Shown one piece after another: positions 31,601 to 41,037 of a stretch of 64,000 bases of DNA; positions within the stretch are counted from its first letter, which is position 1, and each line of letters begins with the position of its first letter. Source of the DNA: Alphaproteobacteria bacterium (GTDB lineage Bacteria; Pseudomonadota; Alphaproteobacteria; Bin95); NCBI GenBank assembly GCA_965215305.1, contig OZ244041.1, positions 3,177,689 through 3,241,688 on the forward strand, given 5' to 3'. The notes under the pieces are model-generated. The model saw only the letters and a list, made by a program, of their open reading frames with translations, made no database searches and was not told the origin of the DNA. The translations under genes and the position numbers were made by a program.

Positions 31601-34600
31601 AGCTCCACCAGGAAGGTCTCGTTACCCTCGGCAAGCACGTCCTCGGTGGTGGCGACCGTGAAGGTCTGTGTGCCCACATCCTTGGCGAAGCTCAGCGTCG
31701 TCGCCGCTGTTACCGGCGTGTAGTCGGTGGCTGACGCCGCGTCCGCTCCGGTGTCCGGCTTGGTGTTCCACTTCACCGACACCGCGTTGTCCATGGCGCC
31801 TGAGCGGGTCACCGTGAAGGTGATGTCGTCGCCTTCCGTGGCACTGGCATCGGCCACGGCGAACGACGGCTCGGTGTCGTCGTTCCTGATCGTGCCGGTG
31901 GCCCTGCCCTTGCCCGCCTCAATGCTTGCCCCGGTGCCCGGGTCCCCGTCGGCCAGCGCCGGGGCGCTCAGCACCGCCTTGAACGTCTCGTCCGGTTCGA
32001 ACAGGTCGTCCTGTGTGGTCTGTACCTCAACCGTCTGACTGGCAACGCCCTTGGCAAAGTTCAATGTCTGCGCCGTGGCGATGGCGGTGTAATCGTCCGC
32101 ATCGGCGGCATTGACCCCATCGCCGCTGTCCGTGGCCGTGGTCACCTTCACCGACGCCACATTGTCTCCGGCCCCGGTGCGGCTCACCATGAAGGTCACC
32201 TTGCCGCCCTCGGTGGCCTCCGCATCGGCAATCGAGAAGCTCACCGGGTCGTCATTGTCGGTGAAGGTCACTGTTGCGCCGGTGATCGTGACGCCGCTCA
32301 CCGTGCCCGTCACGTCGATCGTCTCGTTGGCCTCGTCGAGGTCGTCGTCCACCGGCGTCACGGTGAAACTGCCGGTGTGGCTGGCCGCGCCCGCAGCGAT
32401 GGTGATGTTGAAGCCGCTCACCGCCGCATAGTCCGCCGGCGACGCCGCCGTGCCGTCCACCACGCTCACCGCCACGGTCTTCGCGTCCACGTAGCGCGTC
32501 GTGCCGTTCACCGTGGCTGTCACCGTCACCACCGTCGCCCCGGCGTCCTCTTCTACCGTGCTCGGCGTGCCGTCCTCCGCGCCGTTCGTGTCCACGCTCA
32601 GTGTGATGCCGCTGGGCGCCTCGTCATCGTCCGTGAGCGTAATCTCATCAGGCGTTATCGTGACGCCGGACAGGGTGCCCGTGACGTCGATGGTCTCGTT
32701 GCCTTCGGCCAGCACGTCATTTTCGGGGGTGAGCGTGAAGGTGTTGCTGGCGTCGTCCTCACCCGCGCCGATGGTGATGTCGAAACTGTCCACGGCCGTG
32801 TAGTCCGTGCCCGAAATGGCCGTCCCGCCGCCGACGCTGACCGACACGGTCCTGGCCGCCGCATAGCGGGTGGCGCCGTTCACCGCGGCGGTGACGGTGA
32901 TGGTCTTGGCGCCGCCGTTCTCCGTGACCGAGTCGGGACTCGCCGTGAGCGTGATGCCGCTCGGCGCGGCGTCGTCGTCGGTCACCGTCACGGTCACGCT
33001 CTTGGCGGTTTCGTCTTCGTAGTCCGTGCCGTCGGCGCTCACCGTGTGGGAGATGTCCACCTCGCGCTCGTCGCCCGTATTGTCGATGACGTCGGCCTGG
33101 CCGGTGACGGTCACCGTTTGTGCCATATTCCAGTCGTCGGCATCGAAGACCAGGCTCGCCGTATTGATCCTGGCCACGGATTCATCGCCGCTTGTCAGGT
33201 TGACCGTCACCGCGCCGGTGGGCTGGCTTGTGAGCACCACCTCGTAGGTTTCCTGGTCCTCCCTGGTGGCCGCGGTGCTCGTGTTGTCCGCCTCGGCCAC
33301 GGTCAATGCGGTGGGAGTGACGCTGACGCCGCGGGTATCGTCATCCGTGATCGTCCCGCTGGCGGCGCCCGCGCCTTCGGCCGTCGAGACCGTGGCGTTT
33401 GTCGGCATGCCCAGCGTGACCGTGATCGTTTCGTTTTCCTCATCCACCTCATCGCCGGCCACGGGGATTTCGATATTCGCCTGCGTCATCCCCGCGGTGA
33501 TCGTTACGGAGCGCGGGTCGGGCTCGGTGTAGTCCGTGCCTGCCGTGGCTGTGCCGCCCAGCGTGTAGGGCACCGTCACCTCCAGGCCGCTGACCGCCGA
33601 GAGCGTGACGGCGAAGGTCATGTTGTTGGCGGGATTGGGGGCCGCCACGTCGCCTTCGGTCACCGCCGCGGCGTCGGCGACGGATACCGTGGGCGTGGGG
33701 TCGTTGTCATTGATGGTTCCCGTGCCGTCCAGCGTGGTGGCGCCGCCCGTCAGTGTGGCATTGGAAGGCGAGGACAGGCGCACGACCACCGTCTCGTCGG
33801 GTTCATCGATGTCATCGCCGTTCACGGTGACATCCACGGACTTGCTGGTTTCGCCGGGAGCGAAGGACAGCGTGCCGCCGGCCAGGGTCTCGTAGTCCGG
33901 GCCGCTCACACCCATGCTAGTGGTTGCGGTGCCGGCGCCGGTGTCCGCGTAGTCCACGGTCACCGTGTTGCCGCTTCCGTCTGCCGGCTTCAGTTGCACG
34001 GTGAAGGTGAGCGTCGCCGTGGCGCCGCTGTCCACCTCGGTCACGGACGGACTGTTGATGGACAGCGTCGGCGGGCCATCGTCATCGTTGACCGTGACCG
34101 TCACACCCCTCGCCGTCGCGCCGTCGTAATCCGTCCCCGTGGCGGTCACGGTATGGGTAATCGCCACAGCGCGCCGGTCATTCGGATTGTCGATATTGTC
34201 AGGCACCGCGGTCACGGTCACCGTTTGCGCCACACTCCAGTTGGAGGCGGTGAATGTGAGCACCGCCGGAGCGACCCCGGCGACAGTCGTATCGCCACTG
34301 GCAACCCCTATCGTCACCGTGCCGCCGGAGGGTGCGCTGTCGAGCACCACGGTATAGGTGCCCTCGTCTTCGTCCACGTCCATGGTTGCCGCGTTGTCCG
34401 CCTCATCCAGCGTCAACGTGGCCTTCGACACGGTGATGCCGCGGGTGTCGTCGTCCGTGATCGTGAGGGTCTGGTTCCCCGGCGCCACCAGTTCGTTGCC
34501 GCCGGTGGCGGTGGCGGAAACGGTGACGGTCTTGTCCGCCGCATCCACCTCGTTATCGACCGCGGTAATGGTCACGACCCCGGTGCTGGCTTGCGTGTTG

Positions 34601-35103
34601 GCCGGGATCGTCAGCGTGGTGTTGTCGCTCAGGGCAAGGTCGCCCGCGACTGCGGGGGCGACCGCCGTGGCGGAGACCGTGAGCGTCACGGCGTCGCTGG
34701 ACTCCCCGTCCATGGTGGCCGTCACCGTGCTGGCGTTGGTGGCTCCGCTCTCGTTTATCGATGCCGGCGTCAGCACCAGCGTGACGGTGGGCGTGGCGTC
34801 GTTGTCTTCAATGGTGAAGCTCGTGCCTTTCACCGTCACTCCGGCGAGCTCACCGGCCACGGTGACGGTCTCATCCGGTTCGTCCACCTTGTCGTCATTC
34901 AGGGTGAGTGTCAGGTCGTAGGAGACGTTCTCCTCGCCGGCGGACAGGGTGATGTCGAACTCATCCACCGTGTTGTAGTCGCCGCCGGTTCCCTCGGTGG
35001 CGGTGTCCTCGTCGGAGTCGCCTACGGTGATGGTGATGGTTTGGTCGTCGGCAAACTGGGTGTCGCCGTCAATCGTTGCGGTGATCCGCACTGTGGGTTT
35101 ATC
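22636..35103 (-). pseudogene. C-terminal ~4,150-aa part of a giant Calx-beta-repeat autotransporter-type adhesin, separated from its 5' part by the IS66 insertion
   Basis: A continuous frame carries dozens of Calx-beta-like units (T[AE]GxDY..., D[DE]xxDExxE[TS]), with a C-terminal domain of about 590 aa resembling an autotransporter beta-barrel (NLAFWGRAAQSGFDGREGRFSLDGEAMTAMLGADY...GFEISARW, ending in a terminal aromatic). The apparent N-terminal 190 aa of the track ORF (35133-35685) is chance read-through of IS66 DNA in a high-GC frame. Confidence 0.75.
35096..35103. repeat. Target-site duplication GGTTTATC (left copy)
   Basis: Identical 8-mers immediately flank the IS at 35096-35103 and 37858-37865. 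The 8-bp length is characteristic of the IS66 family. Confidence 0.8.
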
Positions 35104-35132
35104 GTAAGCGCTGCCAGAGAGGCACGCCGCTT

Positions 35133-36974
35133 TCAGCTTGACGGCGGCTTGAAGTGCCCGGGTAGCAGCTCGTCGATGCGGCTGTTTGGATGGCCGGCGG
35201 CGATTTTCTCGAGCGTGTCCTTGAGCCAGGCGTAGGGCTCGATCTGGTTCAGTTTCGCCGTTTCTATCAACGAGGCGATACGTCCCCATGCGGCGGCGCC
35301 TTCGTCGTGGCCGGCGAACAATGCGTTTTTTCTCGACAGGGCAATCGGCCGTGCGAGGTTCTCGACGGCATTGCTGTCCATCTCGACGCGGCCGTCGGCG
35401 AGGAAGAGCTGGAGACCGTCCCAGTGGCGGGCGATATAGGCGAGCTTTTCGCCGAGGCGGGACTTGGGCGAGACGCGGGCGCGCTGTTGCTTCAGCCAGT
35501 CGCTGAAGGCCTGGACCAGGGGCGCGGAACGCGCCCGGCGTTCGGCGAGGCGGCCCTCGGGCGGACAGCCGCGGATATCGGCCTCGATGGCGTAGAGTTC
35601 GGCGATCCGGCGCAAGCCCTCGGCCGCGATCTCCGAGCCGCTGCTGTCGTAGATTTCGCGGAGCCGGCGCCTCGCATGGGACCAACAGTATGCCAGCCGC
35701 AGCGGCGCGCCGCCCTTGCGGCCCGGCTGGGTCAGCCGGTTGTAACCGGCATATCCATCGACTTGCAGGATGCCGTCGAAGCCGTCGAGGAACCTTTCGG
35801 CATGCTCGCCGCCGCGCCCGGGCGCATAGAAGTACATCACGCCCGGCGGATCGGGCCCGCCCCAGGCGCGATCATCGCGGGCAAGCGCCCACAGCCAGCC
35901 GGTCTTGGTCCGGCCGCGGCCCGGCTGGGTCAGCCGGTTGTAACCGGCATATCCATCGACTTGCAGGATGCCGTCGAAGCCGTCGAGGAACCTTTCGGCA
36001 TGCTCGCCGCCGCGCCCGGGCGCATAGAAGTACATCACGCCCGGCGGATCGGGCCCGCCCCAGGCGCGATCATCGCGGGCAAGCGCCCACAGCCAGCCGG
36101 TCTTGGTCCGGCCGCGGCCTGGATCGAGCACCGGCGCGCGCGTCTCGTCCATGAACAGCTTGGAAGAGCGCTTGAGATGCGCCGCCAGCCGGTCGGTCAC
36201 CGGCCTCAGGTGGAACGCCGCCTTGCCGACCCAGCCGGCCAGCGTCGAGCGGTCCAGATCGAGGCCCGAGCGCGCGTAGATCTGCGCCTGACGGTACAAC
36301 GGACAATGATCGGCATACTTCGAGATCAGGACATGGGCGATGGCGCCCTCGGTCGGCAGGCCGCCTTCGATCAGCCAAGCCGGCGCCGGCGCCTGGGTGA
36401 CGCCCTGCTCGCAGGCCCGGCAGGCATATTTCGGGCGCACCGTGACCAGCACCCGGAGCTGCGCCGGCACGATGTCCAGGCGCTCCGTGCGGTCCTCGCC
36501 GATCTTCACCATCTCCCCGCAGCCGCAGGGACAGAGCGTGCTCTCCGGCTCGATCACCTGCTCAATGCGCTTCAGATGTTCCGGCAGATGGCCGATATTG
36601 CGTTCGGCACGAGGCCGTTTCGGCGAGCACGGCGGCGACGGATCGCCAGTCGAGGCCGCCGCCTCCACTTCCGCAGCCGCGCCCTCCAACTCCTCGAACG
36701 CCAGCTGGCGCTCGTCCGCCGTCAACCTCTCCGACCTCTTGCCATACAGCAGGCGGATCAGCTCCAGGTTCAGATGTTCGAGACGGCGGATGCGCGCAAC
36801 TTGCTTCTCGTTGCGGCCCGCCAGCGCATCCTTCTCAATGGCAAGACAGGCTTTCTCTTCCGCCAGCGTCTCGTTCTCGGCCCTCAGCGCCTCCAGCGCC
36901 GCGATCGCCTGCACCGCAGCGTCGCGCTGTTCGGGCGTCAGCGTTCCAAGGTCGATCTGTGCAAGGGCCAGCAT
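35133..36974 (-). CDS. tnpC: IS66-family transposase TnpC (contains an in-frame 66-aa tandem duplication)
   Basis: An N-terminal leucine-zipper/coiled-coil region is followed by a zinc-finger-like CPCGCGEM and a DDE region (LQVDGYAGYN). Start chosen at MLALAQIDLG; the track ORF extends to 37115. Confidence 0.75.
   Translation of the reverse strand: MLALAQIDLGTLTPEQRDAAVQAIAALEALRAENETLAEEKACLAIEKDALAGRNEKQVARIRRLEHLNLELIRLLYGKRSERLTADERQLAFEELEGAAAEVEAAASTGDPSPPCSPKRPRAERNIGHLPEHLKRIEQVIEPESTLCPCGCGEMVKIGEDRTERLDIVPAQLRVLVTVRPKYACRACEQGVTQAPAPAWLIEGGLPTEGAIAHVLISKYADHCPLYRQAQIYARSGLDLDRSTLAGWVGKAAFHLRPVTDRLAAHLKRSSKLFMDETRAPVLDPGRGRTKTGWLWALARDDRAWGGPDPPGVMYFYAPGRGGEHAERFLDGFDGILQVDGYAGYNRLTQPGRGRTKTGWLWALARDDRAWGGPDPPGVMYFYAPGRGGEHAERFLDGFDGILQVDGYAGYNRLTQPGRKGGAPLRLAYCWSHARRRLREIYDSSGSEIAAEGLRRIAELYAIEADIRGCPPEGRLAERRARSAPLVQAFSDWLKQQRARVSPKSRLGEKLAYIARHWDGLQLFLADGRVEMDSNAVENLARPIALSRKNALFAGHDEGAAAWGRIASLIETAKLNQIEPYAWLKDTLEKIAAGHPNSRIDELLPGHFKPPSS
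35718..36113. repeat. Perfect 198-bp tandem duplication (2 copies) inside tnpC
   Basis: The sequences at 35718-35915 and 35916-36113 are identical by direct reading, encoding RGRTKTGWLWALARDDRAWGGPDPPGVMYFYAPGRGGEHAERFLDGFDGILQVDGYAGYNRLTQPG twice. Confidence 0.85.
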
Positions 36975-37029
36975 GGCCCGCTCGATAGCACAGTGTCGGG
37001 GAGCCGGATGACCCGATCCGCCGGCTGAG

Positions 37030-37383
37030 TCATTCCGCCTCAGCCGGGCGCCGCACCGACAGCGCCCGCACGCGCCGCCAGTCCAGGCCGGCGAACAGCG
37101 TCTCGAACTGCGCATGGCTCAGCGACATCACACCGTCGCGGATCGCAGGCCATACAAAGCCCTGCTCCTCCAGACGCTTGTACACCATGACCAACCCGGT
37201 CCCGTCCCAGTAAACCAGCTTCAGCCTGTCAGCTCGCCTCGATCGAAAAACGTATACCGTGCCCGTGAACGGGTCACGGCGCAGCGCGCTCTTCACATAG
37301 GCGACAAGTCCGTCGTGGGCCTTGCGGAAGTCCACGGGCTTCGTCGCCACAACGATCCGCACTCGGTTCGATGGGAAGATCAT
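37030..37383 (-). CDS. tnpB: IS66-family TnpB (IS66 Orf2-like)
   Basis: MIFPSNRVRIVVATKPVDFRKAHDGLVAYVKSALRRDPFTGTVYVFRSRRADRLKLVYWDGTGLVMVYKRLE is a canonical IS66 orf2. Its start overlaps the tnpA stop (ATGA). Confidence 0.8.
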   Translation of the reverse strand: MIFPSNRVRIVVATKPVDFRKAHDGLVAYVKSALRRDPFTGTVYVFRSRRADRLKLVYWDGTGLVMVYKRLEEQGFVWPAIRDGVMSLSHAQFETLFAGLDWRRVRALSVRRPAEAE

Positions 37384-37784
37384 CGCGGCGCGTTCAGCGC
37401 ACAGACAATCTCCGCAAGCCGACAAGCCGGCGTCCCCGCGTCCAGACGCACCGTGACCCTGCCGAGAACCACCTCCAGGCTCTCGCCGCTCGCCTTAGGA
37501 GCTCCGTTCCCCTCCGCCCGGACCACCAGCGGCGCAAACGCCACAGGCGTCTCCGCCGCAGGCAAAACCAGACGGCCGTCCCGCGCCAGCCCACGCCAGG
37601 TCGACACCTGGTTCGGGTTGACAGCCCAACGCCGCGCAACACCCCGGACCGTCGCCCCCGCCTCAAGCGTCTCGGCAACGATCCGCGCCTTCACATCTTC
37701 CGGCCAACGACGACGGCCCGAAGAACCCGGCATCACCTCAACGTTACTGAGAAACTCTGTTGAGACCTTCATTGAGAAACTCAC
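37380..37784 (-). CDS. tnpA: IS66-family TnpA (HTH accessory protein)
   Basis: 134 aa. ARIVAETLEAGATVRGVARRWAVNPNQVSTWR is the HTH typical of IS66 orf1. Confidence 0.7.
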   Translation of the reverse strand: MSFSMKVSTEFLSNVEVMPGSSGRRRWPEDVKARIVAETLEAGATVRGVARRWAVNPNQVSTWRGLARDGRLVLPAAETPVAFAPLVVRAEGNGAPKASGESLEVVLGRVTVRLDAGTPACRLAEIVCALNAPR

Positions 37785-37857
37785 CTCCCGCTCCCTGCAT
37801 AGCGGTGAATCTCAAATCACGCCCTCAACTGGAAGGTGCCCCCCGCGCAGCGCTTAC

Positions 37858-37865
37858 GGTTTATC
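37858..37865. repeat. Target-site duplication GGTTTATC (right copy)
   Basis: See the left copy. Confidence 0.8.
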
Positions 37866-40754
37866 GGCGCCTTCGCTGATCGTGTTCTGGTCATCGGCGG
37901 TATCGGTGTCGGTATCGACCGTGATCTTGAGCGCCGTGGGCGCCTCGTCGTTATCGAGGACGGTGACTTCCACATCCTCGACTGTCTCGTCTTTGTAGTC
38001 CGTGTCTGCGGCGCTGACCGTGTGGGTGATGGTGGTGGTCTTCTGGTTGCCGGTGTCGTCGATAGTGTCGTCTTTGGCGATCATGGTCACCGTCTGCGCC
38101 ATCTCCCAGTTGTCCGCGTCAAACGTCAGGCTGGACGGGTCCGCCGTGGCTACGGTCGGACCCGGGTTGGTAATATCGACCGTTACCGTGCCTCCTTCGG
38201 GTTGGCTGGTAAGTGCCACCTCGTAGGTGCCCTTGTTTTCCTCTTTATCGCTGGTGGCCGGGTTGTCTGCCTCATCGATGGTCAGCGTGGTCGGCGTCAC
38301 GGTGATGCCGCGGGTGTCGTCGTCCTTGATCGTGATGTCGGCTTGGGTGACCGTCATCCCGGTGAGGGCGCCCTCGACGCTTAGCGTCTCGTCGTCTTCA
38401 TCAATCCCGTCGTTGACGGGCGTTAGCTCAAACGTGCCTTTACCGCTTGCCTCTGTTGCCGGGATGGTGATTTCAATCGTGCCAGCAACCTCCGCGTAGT
38501 CCGTGCCCTCGACTGCGCCGTCCCCCTGCTTGCCCACGGTGACGGTCACGGTCTGATCGGTGGCGAACCGCGTGGGGCTGTCGATGGTCGCGGTGACGTG
38601 AACCGTGGTTTTGTCCGCAGCTTCAGCGATGGTGGCTTGGTTGCCGTCGGTGTCGGCGTCGGTATCCACCGTAATCTCAAGTGCCGTAGGAGCGGCGTCG
38701 TCGTCGGTGATGGTGCCGGTGGCCGTGTCGTCCTCAATGCCGGGTTTGGGTTCACCTCCCGTGTCCTTGGCATCGCTCAACATCACCAGGAAAGTTTCGT
38801 TCGGCTCGTCAATGACGTCCTGGATCGTTGTAACCTCGAAGGTCTGCTTCAGTTTGTTTTTTCCGAACTCCAGCATCCCTGAGCGCGTCGCGTAGTCTGA
38901 ACGGGCCGTTGCGGGATCTGTTCCATCGCCGTCATCGGCCGTGGCCACCCGCACCGACAACGTGTTCTCCATTGCACCGGTGCGCTTTACCTCGAAGGCG
39001 AGCGTGCCGCCCTCAGTCGCAGTTACGTCACTGACGGAAAGCATCGGCTGGGGGTCGTTGTCATTAATGGTCAGCGCGAGTTTGCCAGACGTATTAATGT
39101 GGGGGATATTATTTTCATTGGCACGGCGACTCAGACTAATCATGGCCATCTCTGTTGCTTCATACAGATCATCATCCACAACTGTCAGCTCTACCGTGCA
39201 TTTTTTCTTGTCCCAGGACGTACAGTCGCCAGGTATGCTGAGCACTTTTTCCTTAATAGCACCGACCTTATAATCAGATCCATGACTAGCCTTACCCGTG
39301 AAATTGAACACAAATTTAGGATTGGGTTCCACAACATCATATGAGAATGGGGCACCTCCCGAAGGCGGCGCTTTAACAGGACGGCTCATTTCTATTTCGA
39401 ACGTTGCCTTGTTATTCATCGAAGGATCTTCCGACAAAGAGAACGAAGCAGGGGCGCTAAGTGTCACCTTGGTCGGGGTAGTGTCCTCAATGATGACCTC
39501 AAATCTGCTGCGATCTCCCTTCTTGTAGTCGTTCGGCAGTCTACCCTCATCGATTTCAACGGCCAGAAGTGTATAATGTCTATCGTCAGTGGGATTTCTT
39601 GTGGTCTCTAGCCGAACGTTACCAGACTTCTGGCCCGCCTTGATTTGAATTTTGTCAGGTAGAGTAAAGTTATTCCACCCGTCCTCTGCTGGATAAACGG
39701 TCGCCGTTATGGGTATCTCAATATCACTCGATGGCGCTTCACCGACCAATGTCGCAGTGACAGTTGTACCGGTGCCCTCCTCCAACTCGACCTGTGTTCT
39801 TTGATCTCCACCGTGGAGATAGACGATTCTTTTTCCTGGGGAAGGCTGGTCATCGTCCTTGATCGTGACCTTCGATTTTTCCGAGAAATTGCCGCTTTTT
39901 TTGAAATAAACCTTATTGTAATCATTACCTAAAGTGTTACCACTATCTCTGTTGAAGCTCTGAAACTCTAACTCGAATACCTCATCCGGCTCGGCGACGT
40001 TGTCATCGATAGCCGTAATGTCAATAGTGCCCGTTTTAGTATTGGCTTCAATTATCACTTCCTGGAATGACCACGTATAGTCAGCCATTGTTGCGCCGCC
40101 GTCAGGGACATTTCTCGTGGCAGTTCTATGGGAATTGGGGTGATCTACATCATTAATGCCGATTCTCACCTTATGAGGCACTGGCTCACTGAGCGTGAAT
40201 GTGAGTGTCTGTGTTTCTCCCTCTATAATGTTGATAGGATCGGGCGTTAATGTGAGGGTCACCCGATCGTCTTCTTCAATAATTCCCAAGGCATCTACTT
40301 CGAAGTTATTGCCGTTATATATTCCGCTAAGCCTCAGGATGAATTCCTCTTCCTTGGCTTCATATTCGGTATCTTGAATGGTCTGCACGGTAATCGGATT
40401 GGAACCGGTCTCGTTGGCTGCAAATGTTATAATGCCTGAGGTCGCCGTGAAGTCGGCCGGGGAATTTGCACGCTTATAGGACCTATTATGCTCACTATCG
40501 TGCGTCGCATAATTCACAGTGAGGGCCTGCGAGGAATCGTCGCTGCGGGAGACCATAAAGGTAATCGTGCCTCCCTCAGTGATTTTAGCGTTCTGGACCG
40601 AAACCGGGGGATGCTGCGAATTCTGGGCCTTCGCTTCCGGCGGGAGTCCGGCCAGCATCGCCAGCGACAACAATGCTGCCGACAGGAAGCCGCGCCATCT
40701 GCGGAGCCGAGGCGTTCCACACTCGCCACGCGGCGGCATATAGCGCAAACCCAT
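37858..40754 (-). pseudogene. N-terminal ~965-aa part of the same giant adhesin (Sec signal peptide + Calx-beta repeats), cut off by the IS66 insertion
   Basis: A signal peptide MGLRYMPPRG...RLRRWRGFLSAALLSLAMLAGLPPEAKA|QN is followed by Calx-beta units. The stop codon TAA is supplied by the IS end (GTAAGCG). The frame joins seamlessly with 22636-35103 when the IS and one TSD copy are removed. Confidence 0.75.
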
Positions 40755-40997
40755 TACCGCCGGGCAGTAAGGGTGAAGCGTCGGGGGTGCGGGTCAGCAC
40801 CTGCCCGAAAGGCATTCGGGGAATATCGTCGAGGCGGCTGTTCAGACTGCCGGCCTGCAATGACAGAAGGGTTCGGGGCTGGCGGAGGAACCGGGTTGGC
40901 GGCCGGGTGCGGCCCGCCCGCAGCGGTTCGCGCAAACTCAGGCAGGCATGTCCAACGGCGTAACCGGCCCCGCCGCGCGCCGGACGGACTCATCACC

Positions 40998-41037
40998 GGC
41001 GGCTCGGCGGCTCGGCGGCTCGGCGGCTCGGCGGCTC
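40998..41037. repeat. Octanucleotide tandem repeat (GGCGGCTC)x5
   Basis: Read directly from the sequence. It lies about 245-285 bp upstream of the adhesin start codon, in the divergent intergenic region. Confidence 0.85.

Larger units (their letters stand above)
35104..37857 (-). mobile_element. IS66-family insertion sequence (tnpA-tnpB-tnpC), 2,754 bp
   Basis: Both termini begin GTAAGCGCTGC with about 22-bp imperfect inverted repeats. The element carries three IS66-type ORFs and is flanked by a perfect 8-bp direct repeat. Confidence 0.85.

Noticed and set aside
23870-35235. Many + strand ORFs of 100-1,015 aa (for example 24043-25791, 28687-31734, 32377-35235) and Ser/Thr/Val-rich short ORFs
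   Set aside because: All are antisense or alternate-frame translations of the adhesin repeat DNA. The repetitive, stop-poor sequence gives long open frames in several frames. Only the minus-strand frame yields Calx-beta motifs.
35190-37028. A 612-aa + strand ORF, and the + strand ORFs 35690-36154 and 36340-37011
   Set aside because: They are antisense to IS66 tnpC. The internal duplication also duplicates these spurious frames.
40998-41037. Possibility that the GGCGGCTC repeats are a mini-CRISPR array
   Set aside because: The units are 8 bp with no spacers, so this is a simple microsatellite. There are no cas genes and no repeat-spacer periodicity anywhere in the window.
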